From: a virus
Lineage: Duplodnaviria; Caudoviricetes
Virus record (IMG/VR): IMGVR_UViG_3300010398_000021
Coordinates: 1 to 36,390 of that record
DNA length: 36,390 bases
Strand: one strand, 5' to 3'
The translations under genes were made by a program, and so were the position numbers. This document shows, piece by piece, positions 15,399 through 24,427 of the stretch (the first letter of the stretch is position 1; each line of letters begins with the position of its first letter). The notes beneath the pieces were generated by a model, which saw only the letters and a program-made list of their open reading frames with translations, was not told the DNA's origin and did not search any database.

Positions 15399-15592
15399 CC
15401 CTAGTGGTGCCCTTATACTCCCCTTGTGGTGCCCTCATAGCCTGATAGAGAGATACCCCGCCCGTGTGCCGCTCCTGCCTTCCTTCCTGTGTGATGTGTG
15501 TGTGTGTGAGAAGACAGATAGAGACACGGGCGGGGTGTCCGTCTATCAGGCTATGAGGTGTCTACAAGGGCACCACAAGGGCACCACAAGGG
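15399..15592. repeat. Large imperfect inverted repeat with 11-bp iterons and (TG)n loop
   Basis: Perfect arms 15433-49/15542-58 (17 bp), 15455-67/15524-36 (13 bp), 15421-35/15567-81 (15 bp); ACAAGGGCACC tandem copies from 15564. Confidence 0.85.
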
Positions 15593-15808
15593 ATAGTAGC
15601 GGCGCAGCGCATCGGCCCAGCGCAGCGCAATGGCCATGCCGTGACCCATCTCGATGCGCCAGTGCCGTTGACTATCGCCATACCATCGCTGATGCGGGGG
15701 CCGGGGGCCAAAAGCCGCCGCCTTGGGTGGCGGCGGACTGCCTCTCAATCCGAAATAAAAATTTCGACTTGTAATACAATTGTACCACAAGAGGCTCAAC
15801 GAAGGGGC

Positions 15809-15837
15809 TTGATTTATAAATCTAGGTGTGGTACAAT
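15809..15837 (+). promoter_or_regulatory. Rightward sigma70-type promoter of the packaging/structural operon, probably leaderless
   Basis: TTGATT-17 nt-TACAAT with TGTGG extended -10; ATG at 15845 lies 7 nt after the -10 with no SD. Confidence 0.75.
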
Positions 15838-15844
15838 GGTAGTC

Positions 15845-16261
15845 ATGATGGAATTCGTCGACGCGGGTTGGCTCCTCCGACCGTGCGTGTATTTGCTTAT
15901 CTGGAGGGGCGAGGTAGTGTATGTCGGGCAGAGCAGGAAGCCGCTGAGCCGACTGTACACGCACGTGAGCGCCATGCGTGGCGCCGCCCGAGGGCGAAGT
16001 CAGCCGTCGTGGTTGAGCAGCAAAGCCGTTCGGTTCGATGATCTGCGCGTCCGGCCGTGTGCTTCCGCCGAGCTTAACGACCTTGAGCGGAGTCTCATCG
16101 AACAGTACAAGCCGAAGCATAACAAGGTTCACAAAATCCGGTTGAAGGAACATCCCAAGGTGCCCATTGAGCTACTGGTGAACAATCGCCGGTTGGTCCT
16201 TCAGCGGAAAGGGGCGCCAAGGGCGCCCCTCGCTGCATCTGGATTTGTGAGGAGAGTATGA
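15845..16261 (+). CDS. GIY-YIG endonuclease, ends FVRRV
   Basis: CVYLL...VVYVGQS...RLYTH...LERSLIEQYKPKHN. Confidence 0.82.
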   Translation: MMEFVDAGWLLRPCVYLLIWRGEVVYVGQSRKPLSRLYTHVSAMRGAARGRSQPSWLSSKAVRFDDLRVRPCASAELNDLERSLIEQYKPKHNKVHKIRLKEHPKVPIELLVNNRRLVLQRKGAPRAPLAASGFVRRV

Positions 16262-16824
16262 AGAAGCCCATCCACATCGGTCCGGTTCGTGAACTGACCC
16301 AAGCGGAGACGGCGATGCTCCGTGAGCGCCGGGCCATGCCGCGCATCGCTAAGCTGCGTGACGCTCACCATCAGGTCGCGTTGCTCTTCGCCATGGGCCA
16401 CACGCCGTACGAGGTGCGTGACATCACTGGGTATTCGTACGAACGGGTCCGGACTCTCCATGCCGACCCTGCGTTTCAGGACCTAATCGCACGGAAACGT
16501 GAGAAGGTAGAGCAGACGCACATGGACGCTCAAGCCGCCTTCGCCGCCGAGTCGGTGCGTCTTCGGCAAGCGGCGGTCCGACACTTAGCTCAGTTCTATG
16601 AAGAGGCGGACGAAGCCGGTGAGACGGTCAGCCCCAAGACGTCGCTTGCCATTGCTGTCGAGATGGCTGATCGCACCGGCTTCGGACGTCACACTAGCTC
16701 CACTAACGTCAACGTCGCCATCGGCGAAGAGTTAGAGGAACGCATCCGCAAGTTCAACGCGATGAAGCAGGTTGAGGTCCTTCCCGGACCGAAACCAGTA
16801 CTGCCATTCAAGAGACGCGCATGA
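16258..16824 (+). CDS. Probable terminase small subunit (N-terminal HTH)
   Basis: HHQVALLFAMGHTPYEVRDITGYSYERVRTL HTH, helical core, position directly before terminase large subunit. Confidence 0.65.
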   Translation: MKKPIHIGPVRELTQAETAMLRERRAMPRIAKLRDAHHQVALLFAMGHTPYEVRDITGYSYERVRTLHADPAFQDLIARKREKVEQTHMDAQAAFAAESVRLRQAAVRHLAQFYEEADEAGETVSPKTSLAIAVEMADRTGFGRHTSSTNVNVAIGEELEERIRKFNAMKQVEVLPGPKPVLPFKRRA

Positions 16825-16855
16825 CTTGAGCCATGCGCGCTGAGGGGGCCCCGCC

Positions 16856-18346
16856 TTGGACGAACTGCTCGCTTGGTTGGCTTCGTGCAACAAGGACCCA
16901 GTGGCATTTGTGCTCAGTGCCTTTCCTTGGGGCAAAGCAGGCACCACGCTTGAGCGGGCCACAGGACCTGAACCTTGGCAGCTTGAGGTCCTGAAGAGAG
17001 TCCAAGCGGGGCTCCCTCTCCGTTCCGCCATCCAACTCGCCGCAGCTACCGGCCACGGGGTCGGCAAATCTGCCCTCGTGGCATGGCTGATCCTGTGGTC
17101 CTTCTCCACTGGGCCTGACACGCGCGGCGTCATCACCGCCAATACCGAAGCCCAGCTGAAAACCAAGACCTGGGCCGAACTCGGTAAGTGGTTCAATCTC
17201 TTCATCGGCAAAGACCAGTTCTACCTCACTGCCACCGCTCTTCTCTCCCGTGACCCGTCGCGTGAGCGCACATGGCGCATCGACCAGGTCCCATGGAGCG
17301 AGAAGAACACCGAGGCCTTCGCCGGGATGCACAACAAAGGCAAGCGCATCCTGATGATAATGGACGAAGCCAGCGCCATCCCCGACATGATATGGGAGGT
17401 CGTTGAAGGTGCCCTTACAGACAGTGACACTGAGATTATCTGGCTTGCGTTTGGTAATCCTACTCGAAACACCGGAAGATTTAAAGAATGCTTTGCGGGC
17501 GGGCGATTTGCTAAATGGTGGCAAACCATTCAACTGGATAGTCGAACCGTTAGCATCACTAATAAAGACCAGATCAACCGATGGATAGAAGCCTATGGCG
17601 AAGATAGTGACTTTTGCCGAGTTCGAATCAAGGGCGAATTCCCGAGACACGGCGAGATGGAATTCATCGCGGCGGCCGACGTTGACGCAGCGATGCTTCG
17701 CGACGTCACTTCCTCAATATCCGATCCCCTATCCCTTGGATGCGACGTGGCTCGATTCGGCAGCAATGAGTCGGTCTTGGCTTTTAGAAAGGGTCGAGAT
17801 GCACGAACGATCCAATGGCAGTTCTACCGAGGGATCAACACCGTCGAACTCGCCACAAGGATAAACGATGCGTATCACTCCTATCGGACTGATGGAATAT
17901 TCATTGATGGGGGCGGTGTTGGGGGCGGCGTTGTTGATAATGTTCGTCATATGGCCCTGCATTGTTGGGAAGTCCAGTTCGGCGGGAAGGACGACGTCGG
18001 CGGTTACGACACGGGAAACCAAGGTGAGAAGTACGCCAATAAGCGAGCTGCCATGTGGGGCGCTATGCGGGAGTGGATCAAGCAAGGAGCAATCCCGAAT
18101 GATCCTGAGCTTAAAGCCCAGCTTATCGGCCCGACTTACACATATAACAATCGCAACGAAATCCAACTAGAAACCAAGGAAGAGATGATGCGGCGAGGGG
18201 TCGAGTCCCCCGACCGGGCGGACGCTCTTGCCTTGACGTTCGCTTATCCCCTCGCCGCACACGCCTACGCCGGTGGTGAGTACCCACACAAGCCCCTAGT
18301 CGAGTACGAGTACAACCCCTTCGACACGGAGAGAATGCGTGCCTGA
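16856..18346 (+). CDS. terL: Terminase large subunit
   Basis: Walker A TGHGVGKSAL, ITANT, MIMDEASAIPD, GNPTR, nuclease GCDVARFG, IDGGGVG, SPDRADALALTF. Confidence 0.95.
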   Translation: MDELLAWLASCNKDPVAFVLSAFPWGKAGTTLERATGPEPWQLEVLKRVQAGLPLRSAIQLAAATGHGVGKSALVAWLILWSFSTGPDTRGVITANTEAQLKTKTWAELGKWFNLFIGKDQFYLTATALLSRDPSRERTWRIDQVPWSEKNTEAFAGMHNKGKRILMIMDEASAIPDMIWEVVEGALTDSDTEIIWLAFGNPTRNTGRFKECFAGGRFAKWWQTIQLDSRTVSITNKDQINRWIEAYGEDSDFCRVRIKGEFPRHGEMEFIAAADVDAAMLRDVTSSISDPLSLGCDVARFGSNESVLAFRKGRDARTIQWQFYRGINTVELATRINDAYHSYRTDGIFIDGGGVGGGVVDNVRHMALHCWEVQFGGKDDVGGYDTGNQGEKYANKRAAMWGAMREWIKQGAIPNDPELKAQLIGPTYTYNNRNEIQLETKEEMMRRGVESPDRADALALTFAYPLAAHAYAGGEYPHKPLVEYEYNPFDTERMRA

Positions 18347-18725
18347 GAACGGCCAAGCCCCACCCGACCCTGAGACCAGCTGGCTCGACCACGTCGGCTC
18401 TAACTACGACCACGCTAACTCTAACCTTCGCCTCAACCAGCAAGAGCGCAACGTCTACATGCACCATCTCCGTAACCTCAACCGGGGCGGGGTGCAGAAC
18501 GACGACGGCACAACTTCGACCTACCGCGCCATCACCGCCGGGTTCGGCGACAAGACCTACGTCCTTCCCACCGTCTGGAACAACAAGATCGTTTCAAACG
18601 AACGGGCCATGGCCCTAGCTAAGCAGGAAGGGCTGGACAAGTTTCCGTCCTATTCCAATCCTGACGTGGCGCTCAAGCGCTACATGCAAATCCACGATTA
18701 CATGGAGGGAGACCTTCGCCGATGA
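18339..18725 (+). CDS. Hypothetical protein (128 aa)
   Basis: GGAG SD, tiles operon. Confidence 0.7.
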   Translation: MPENGQAPPDPETSWLDHVGSNYDHANSNLRLNQQERNVYMHHLRNLNRGGVQNDDGTTSTYRAITAGFGDKTYVLPTVWNNKIVSNERAMALAKQEGLDKFPSYSNPDVALKRYMQIHDYMEGDLRR

Positions 18726-18922
18726 GTTTCATGAAACCTCCAGCGATGCAGGCGGTTACGCCAGTGGCGCCACCTCCACCGCCCAATCCGCCGACCTACG
18801 GTCAACAGGCTAAGCAGCAGCGGCCGTCAACCACACCGTCGATGCAGTTCACCGCCTCAGTGCTTGGCACTCTGCCTCAGTCCGGTCAAACGGCTCAGCG
18901 GTCACTCCTCGGCGGCGCGTAA
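18722..18922 (+). CDS. Small Pro-rich pre-portal protein
   Basis: PPPPPNPP and C-terminal SLLGG, as in small genes preceding podovirus portals. Confidence 0.7.
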   Translation: MSFMKPPAMQAVTPVAPPPPPNPPTYGQQAKQQRPSTTPSMQFTASVLGTLPQSGQTAQRSLLGGA

Positions 18923-20040
18923 TGGCTCTCGTTGTACCCATCACCGGCAATCAGCCGCCTCGCCGTGACGATCCCGGCGACGGCAACCTTATCATGGCCG
19001 CCGGTATCATGGATGGGCACGACCGCCTCGTCAATCCAGAGTTCAAGGCAGCTGAGGCTAGCTGGCTCTCCGACTGGTGGTACGGCAAGGAGAAGCCGGG
19101 CACTCCACCCAGCGCCCCTATGGGCGAGCCCGGCGAGAGCGACATGGCCGTGGGTAAGGCCGTCTCAGGTAAGGAAGGCGGCTTCGGCGGTACAGAGCAC
19201 TATCCCACGAAGGAAGAGGCAGAGTTCGCCAAGTCCGTTGGGCTCGGCTACGGCAAGTCGTGGGAACGCCACTTCATGGATCAGAACCTTCGCGTCTATG
19301 GCGAGTCCGGCAAGGCCGGTTGGCTGCCACAACCGCTATTCCAAGCAGGCAAGACCTCCCCAGAAGCCTTCAAACAAGCCTTCGTTCACGGCGATCCAAA
19401 GACCTTCGACTTCCAACAGCTGAGCCCTGAAGCTAAGCAACGAATGGGCGACGTGGTCGCTCGGGCGGCTCTCGCCGCCGGGCGTGATCCTATCGCCACA
19501 CTCGGTTTTGATCCGCAGAAGTCTGCCTTCTCAATGCAGAAGCAGGCCACGACCCTCGGTGGCTTCACCCTCGCCTACGATCCGACCAAGAAGATCACCA
19601 CACCAAAGCAGATGAAAGAGGCTCGGATTCCCGACACTCCGATCTACATCAACCAAGCCCACAACGAAGTCCTTGACGCTCCGTCCGTCATGGTTCACGA
19701 GTCCGTTCACCGTGGCCTTCAGCTTCTCTTCGATCGAAGCCAAGAGGCCGTTCACGAATATAACAAGATGTTCGACCGTTGGGCAGATGCCAGAAGCAAG
19801 GTGCAAGCTCTGAAGGAATCCGACGCCGACCCAAACGAACTCCTCGTCCGTCACATCATGCGCACGACAATGGGCAACCCCGAACAGTGGCACAGCATGG
19901 GCCAGCTAGTCCGCAACGATCAGATCGAAGCCGCCGAGGAATTCTTTCAAGACCCAAAGAACCTAGCAAGTGTCGCCAAGATACAAGCCATGGCCGCTAA
20001 GGAAGTCGCCAAACTCCACGGCGGCCGAGGACCACGCTAA
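18922..20040 (+). CDS. Hypothetical protein with zincin-type HExxH motif
   Basis: IYIN...SVMVHESVHRGL and a downstream NELLVR glutamate. Confidence 0.65.
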   Translation: MALVVPITGNQPPRRDDPGDGNLIMAAGIMDGHDRLVNPEFKAAEASWLSDWWYGKEKPGTPPSAPMGEPGESDMAVGKAVSGKEGGFGGTEHYPTKEEAEFAKSVGLGYGKSWERHFMDQNLRVYGESGKAGWLPQPLFQAGKTSPEAFKQAFVHGDPKTFDFQQLSPEAKQRMGDVVARAALAAGRDPIATLGFDPQKSAFSMQKQATTLGGFTLAYDPTKKITTPKQMKEARIPDTPIYINQAHNEVLDAPSVMVHESVHRGLQLLFDRSQEAVHEYNKMFDRWADARSKVQALKESDADPNELLVRHIMRTTMGNPEQWHSMGQLVRNDQIEAAEEFFQDPKNLASVAKIQAMAAKEVAKLHGGRGPR

Positions 20041-21819
20041 ATGCCGATCCAAGCCGGAACCGTACCAAGTATAGGACCCAACTTCAGGCCGGTCACGAAA
20101 ATCCCGTCCGAGGCCGACCTGAAACTGCGGCAGCATGCGGAAGGTCGCCTGATAGGACTCCGAGTAAACCGCTACTCATGGTGGGTCCACTGGCGTGAGC
20201 TGGCCGACTTCATGCTGCCGCGCCGCTACAAGTGGCTTATCACTCCGAACCAAATGGGCCGAGGATCGCCGATCAATCAGCACATGATTGACTCCACGGC
20301 GACCCTTGCAGCATATAAATGCGCGGCGGGGATGATGAGCGGCACGGCGAACCCCACGCGGCAGTGGTTCCAACTCCGCGTGGGGACCCTCGACTCTACC
20401 CAAACCGGCCCCGTCTCACTATGGCTTGCTGAGTGTGAACGTATCCTCATGCTCATCTTCCAAGAGTCCAACTACTACACCAGCGTTGCCATAGCCCTCC
20501 TCGATCTGGTGATCTTCGGCACCTGCGTCCGGGTGATCTACGAAGACTTCGACAACGTCATCACCTGCATCAACCCATGCCTCGGTGAGTACTACCTTGA
20601 AAACGGATCGAACCTCCAAGCCAACGCCGTCTACCGAGAGTTCACCTACACCGTCAACCAAGTCGTCGAGCAGTTTGGCATTGAGAACACGTCAGCGGCT
20701 ATACAGAGACTCTATGCTCAAGGCGGGACCTCTCTCACAAGAGAACTCGTTGTTGCGCACGCTATTGAGCCGAACCACGACGGACGCAAGTTCGGCATAC
20801 CGGACAAATTCAAATGGCGCGAAATCTACTGGGAATGGGGCGGGTCGGCCGCTCCACAAGGCGGCTCGTCGTACGCACCGAGCCTTTTGAGGAAGCAGGG
20901 TTTCTACGAGCAGCCCTTCGCGGCGGGTCGGTGGGACCTCGTCAGCAACGACGCCTACGGCCGCTCTCCGGGAATGGACGCCCTGCCGGACACCAAGCAA
21001 CTCCAACAAGAGTCTCGGCGGAAGGCGCAGGCAATCGACAAGCAAGTAAATCCCCCCATGCTGGCCGACATTCAGCTGAAGAACCAACCAGCTTCGCTGC
21101 TGCCCGGTGGCGTTACCTACGTCAGCGGCCTGATGAACTCTACTAAGAACCAAGGCTTCGCCCCGGTTTACCAAGTGAATCCTAACATCAAGGACATGAT
21201 GGAGGACCTCAATGAAGTTCGGCAACGGATCAGCAAAATCTTCTATAATGATGTCTTTGCTGTTATCTCCCAGTACCAAACCCGATCAAACGTTACCGCA
21301 GCTGAAATTGACGCTCGACGGGCCGAGGGATTCCTCGCCTTGGGTCCTGTATTCACCCGGCTCCAAGTCGAGTTCTTTGGAAAAGACATCGAACGAGTCT
21401 TCGGAATCGCCCAAAGGGCCGGGCTGATCCCACCGGCCCCGCCCGAGGTTCAGGGCCAAGGCATCAACATCAAGTACCGCTCGATGCTCGAAATCGCCCA
21501 AGACGCGGCGGCCTCGGCCGGTATCGAGCGCATCTTCCAAGTCGCCGGGCAGATGGGTGGCATCGACCCGGCGGCAATGGACAACGTTGACATTGACTAC
21601 GGCATCGAGAAGATGTCCTTCCTGCTCAACAACGACCCGCGCCTGATCCGTTCGCCCGACGCACTACAGCAGATTCGACAGAACCGGCAGCAGCAGCAAC
21701 TCCAAGCCGAGCGTGCGCAGCAGGCCGAGCAACTTGCCAAGGCGGCGAAGGTCGCCGGTGATGTTGACGTCGGCGGCGGACAGAACGCCATTCAAGCCAT
21801 GCTTGGGCAGCAACCGTGA
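20041..21819 (+). CDS. Portal (head-tail connector), T7 gp8/BPP-1 type
   Basis: WRELADFMLP, DSTA..A...AAGMMSG, WFQL, DLVIFGT, RW......YGRSPGMDALPD.KQLQ, TAAEI..R..E....LGPV..RL. Confidence 0.95.
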   Translation: MPIQAGTVPSIGPNFRPVTKIPSEADLKLRQHAEGRLIGLRVNRYSWWVHWRELADFMLPRRYKWLITPNQMGRGSPINQHMIDSTATLAAYKCAAGMMSGTANPTRQWFQLRVGTLDSTQTGPVSLWLAECERILMLIFQESNYYTSVAIALLDLVIFGTCVRVIYEDFDNVITCINPCLGEYYLENGSNLQANAVYREFTYTVNQVVEQFGIENTSAAIQRLYAQGGTSLTRELVVAHAIEPNHDGRKFGIPDKFKWREIYWEWGGSAAPQGGSSYAPSLLRKQGFYEQPFAAGRWDLVSNDAYGRSPGMDALPDTKQLQQESRRKAQAIDKQVNPPMLADIQLKNQPASLLPGGVTYVSGLMNSTKNQGFAPVYQVNPNIKDMMEDLNEVRQRISKIFYNDVFAVISQYQTRSNVTAAEIDARRAEGFLALGPVFTRLQVEFFGKDIERVFGIAQRAGLIPPAPPEVQGQGINIKYRSMLEIAQDAAASAGIERIFQVAGQMGGIDPAAMDNVDIDYGIEKMSFLLNNDPRLIRSPDALQQIRQNRQQQQLQAERAQQAEQLAKAAKVAGDVDVGGGQNAIQAMLGQQP

Positions 21820-22295
21820 CCGATGAGCCCTACAATGCAGCAGAGCGTCAGCATATTCGGCAGGCGGCGAAGCAGTCGAAGCTCATTGCTGTCCAGCGCG
21901 GCCAGTTTATTGCCAATATTATGTCCACTGTCCCCGGCCGAGCGTGGGTCTTCGACCTCCTTGAAGCAGCCCACGTCTTCGCTAGCACATACTCCGACAT
22001 TGCCCTCCGCACCGCCTTCGGCGAGGGCGAACGATCAATGGGCCTCAGAATCCTGGCCGACATCATGCAGGCCTGCCCCGACCAATACGTCACAATGATG
22101 AGAGAACGAAATGAGCGATCCACAACTGAACAATCCCGGCGTCCAGCCGCCACCGCAGCAGACTCCACCGCCGGAGCCCCCGCCGAAGGAGCCGACGACG
22201 GAGACGAAGCCGCCGACACCGACGACGACATCTACGACGAGTACAACCGAGCCCAAATCGCTCCTCAATCAGGAACCGAAGACCGGCGCACCTGA
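21816..22295 (+). CDS. Bbp19-like protein
   Basis: MST..GR.WV..LLE...VF...AF.EGERS.GL.ILA pattern; position between portal and scaffold. Confidence 0.75.
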   Translation: MTDEPYNAAERQHIRQAAKQSKLIAVQRGQFIANIMSTVPGRAWVFDLLEAAHVFASTYSDIALRTAFGEGERSMGLRILADIMQACPDQYVTMMRERNERSTTEQSRRPAATAADSTAGAPAEGADDGDEAADTDDDIYDEYNRAQIAPQSGTEDRRT

Positions 22296-22797
22296 GAAGT
22301 ACGAAGAGTTCAAAGTCCCTGAGGGCTACTCGCTCGACGCCGAAGTCGCTACCGAAGCCGGTAAGCTCTTCAAGGACTCCAACCTGAGCCAAGCTCAAGC
22401 TCAGAAGCTAGTCGATTTCTACGTCTCAAAGACGAACGAAGCTTTCCGCCAGCCATACGAAGCCTACGAGGCTCTCCGAACTGAGTGGCGAGAAAAGGCG
22501 AAGGCTCACCCTGAGATCGGGGGGAGCTTCGACCGAGTCCTCTCTACCGTCGCCAAGGCGATCGATAGCGTGGGCGATGCCGCACTCGCGTCTGAGTTCC
22601 GGCAAGTGATGGACATGACCGGCGCTGGAGACCATCCGGCCTTCATCCGGTTATTCTACAAACTCGCTTCTCAGCTAACGGAGGGTCGCCCCATCATGGG
22701 CAACGGCCCTGCCAAGGCTGGGCAACAGGACCCGTCGAAGGGCAGGCCCGTCACAGCGGCGCAAGCCCTTTATCCGACACTCCCATCTGGAGCCTAA
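22111..22797 (+). CDS. Capsid scaffolding protein
   Basis: Pro/Thr-rich N-terminus, APEKYE.F.VPEG, LSQAQAQKLVD, GAGDHPAFIRLF, AQALYP; directly upstream of capsid. Confidence 0.8.
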   Translation: MSDPQLNNPGVQPPPQQTPPPEPPPKEPTTETKPPTPTTTSTTSTTEPKSLLNQEPKTGAPEKYEEFKVPEGYSLDAEVATEAGKLFKDSNLSQAQAQKLVDFYVSKTNEAFRQPYEAYEALRTEWREKAKAHPEIGGSFDRVLSTVAKAIDSVGDAALASEFRQVMDMTGAGDHPAFIRLFYKLASQLTEGRPIMGNGPAKAGQQDPSKGRPVTAAQALYPTLPSGA

Positions 22798-22800
22798 CAC

Positions 22801-23844
22801 ATGGCAACCATAGGCGCTTTGGCGCTTACGTATGGCGACTGGGCCAAACGCATGGATGACGGCTACCGTGTAGCCACCATCATCGAACTGCTCAGTCAGA
22901 CGAACGAAATCCTCGAAGACATGCTCGTGATGGAGGGCAACCTCCCCACTGGCCACAAGACCACCGTTCGGACCGGCTTGCCGATCGGTACATGGCGCCT
23001 GCTCAACGCTGGCGTCCCGAATGCCAAGTCGACCACGGCGCAGATCGTCGACACGTGCGGCAATCTGGAAACCTACGCCGTGATCGACAAGGACATTGCC
23101 GACCTCAACGGCAACACCGCTGAGTTCCGGCTCAGCGAAGTGAAGGCGTTCCTTGAGGGCATGTCGCAGCAAGTGGCGACGACGCTCATCTACGGCAACC
23201 AGTTTGCCAACCCTGAGCGTTTCACCGGCCTTGCGCCTCGGTACCCTACTGTCACCACCGCCAACTCTCAAACGGCGGCCAACGTCCTCGATGCCGGTGG
23301 CACGGCGTCGGTGAACACGTCCATCTGGATCGTGTGCTGGGGCGCGGATACGCTCTTCGCCACCTTCCCGAAGGGCAAGATCACCGGCCTCCAACACCGG
23401 GACATGGGCGAGTGGCCGGTGCAGGATAGCGCCGGTAACACGTATCAGGCCTACCGAGATCACTTCAAGTGGGAGATCGGTCTGGTGCTTCGTGATTGGC
23501 GCTACGCAGTCCGCATCGCCAATATCGACACCACGATCCTCACCGGTGTCTCGGCAGCCAACCTGATCAACTTCCTCGTCCGAGCGCTGTACCGTCTGCC
23601 GACCCAGCCAGTCAGCGCCGGTACAGTCCAGACCTCGGACACTCCGGAAGTTCGGGCCAACATGGGCCGCACGATCATCTACGCTAATCGTGTCGTCCGC
23701 ACCTACCTCGATCTCCAAGCTATGAACAAGACCAACGTCCTGCTTCGTATCGAAGAGTTCGACGGTAAGCCGATCACAACCTTCCGAGGCGTACCCGTTC
23801 GGACCTGTGACGCAATCCTCAACACGGAAGCAAGGGTGGTCTAA
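22801..23844 (+). CDS. Major capsid protein, BPP-1 Bbp17 type
   Basis: IIELLSQTNEILEDM..MEGNLPTGH.TTVRTGLP, FTGLAPRY, TSIW.V.WG, GL.LRDWRY.VRIANID, FRGVPVR..DAILNTEA. Confidence 0.95.
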   Translation: MATIGALALTYGDWAKRMDDGYRVATIIELLSQTNEILEDMLVMEGNLPTGHKTTVRTGLPIGTWRLLNAGVPNAKSTTAQIVDTCGNLETYAVIDKDIADLNGNTAEFRLSEVKAFLEGMSQQVATTLIYGNQFANPERFTGLAPRYPTVTTANSQTAANVLDAGGTASVNTSIWIVCWGADTLFATFPKGKITGLQHRDMGEWPVQDSAGNTYQAYRDHFKWEIGLVLRDWRYAVRIANIDTTILTGVSAANLINFLVRALYRLPTQPVSAGTVQTSDTPEVRANMGRTIIYANRVVRTYLDLQAMNKTNVLLRIEEFDGKPITTFRGVPVRTCDAILNTEARVV

Positions 23845-23845
23845 C

Positions 23846-24427
23846 ATGATCCTTGACAGACTCCTCACCTTCACTGGCAACGTTGCCACTGGCACTATCA
23901 CTGACTCGCCGACGGCGACCGGTGATGCCAGCAACGTCATCGACCTTGGCGTCAACTATCCGAGCCCGCCTCCAACGCTGTTGTCCACCGATCCCGGTGG
24001 CCCACTGGCGCGTGGCGGTGCCCGTGACATCGGCGTTGGCGATGACCCAATGCTCAAACTGTTGGTCGTCGTCACCACCACCTTTGCTGGGCTGACCAGC
24101 CTTACCTGCTCCCTCTCAGGGGCGCCGGATAGCACCACCACACCTAACACCCCTGGCACATTCACTACCATGTGGACGAGCCCGGCGGCTGTGGTTCTGG
24201 CCAACCTCGTGCAAGGCGCGTACCTCGCCAACGTGGACGTGCCTCGGCAAATCCCTGGCCAACCGATGCCTCGGTTCCTCAAGCTCACCTTCACGGTGGC
24301 TGGGACCGGTACGGGCGGCTCGGTGTATGCTGGTATCGTGATCGACCGGTTCGACCAGCCTTGGGGTGGCACGGCTACAGTGCCTGCACCTTCTGGCTAC
24401 GTCCCCGGCGTTGTGGTCAACAACTAA
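23846..24427 (+). CDS. Capsid cement/decoration protein, Bbp16-like
   Basis: MILD..L.F, SNVIDLG, RDIGVG...L.VVVTTTF, RFLKL.FTV.G...G.V.AGIV.D. Confidence 0.8.
   Translation: MILDRLLTFTGNVATGTITDSPTATGDASNVIDLGVNYPSPPPTLLSTDPGGPLARGGARDIGVGDDPMLKLLVVVTTTFAGLTSLTCSLSGAPDSTTTPNTPGTFTTMWTSPAAVVLANLVQGAYLANVDVPRQIPGQPMPRFLKLTFTVAGTGTGGSVYAGIVIDRFDQPWGGTATVPAPSGYVPGVVVNN

Noticed and set aside
15641-15844. N-terminal extension of the GIY-YIG ORF in the ORF track
   Set aside because: Spans the promoter and hairpin region; domain begins at ATG 15845
16211-16229. GGGGCGCC-AAG-GGCGCCCC hairpin as terminator
   Set aside because: Inside the GIY-YIG coding sequence with no U tract on the plus strand; function unsupported
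22111-22295. 185-nt overlap between Bbp19-like gene and scaffold as designed dual coding
   Set aside because: Both overlapping segments are low-complexity tails; most simply a tolerated stop-codon drift
23807-23846. T7-like capsid frameshift into the downstream cement gene
   Set aside because: Overlapping frame is briefly open but no slippery heptamer is visible; ATG 23846 explains the gene
22675-23955. 426-aa antisense ORF over the capsid gene, and similar long antisense ORFs (16808-17650, 20692-21279, 26158-26769, 31448-32056)
   Set aside because: Shadow ORFs from GC-rich codon bias opposite well-supported genes; no SD or motifs
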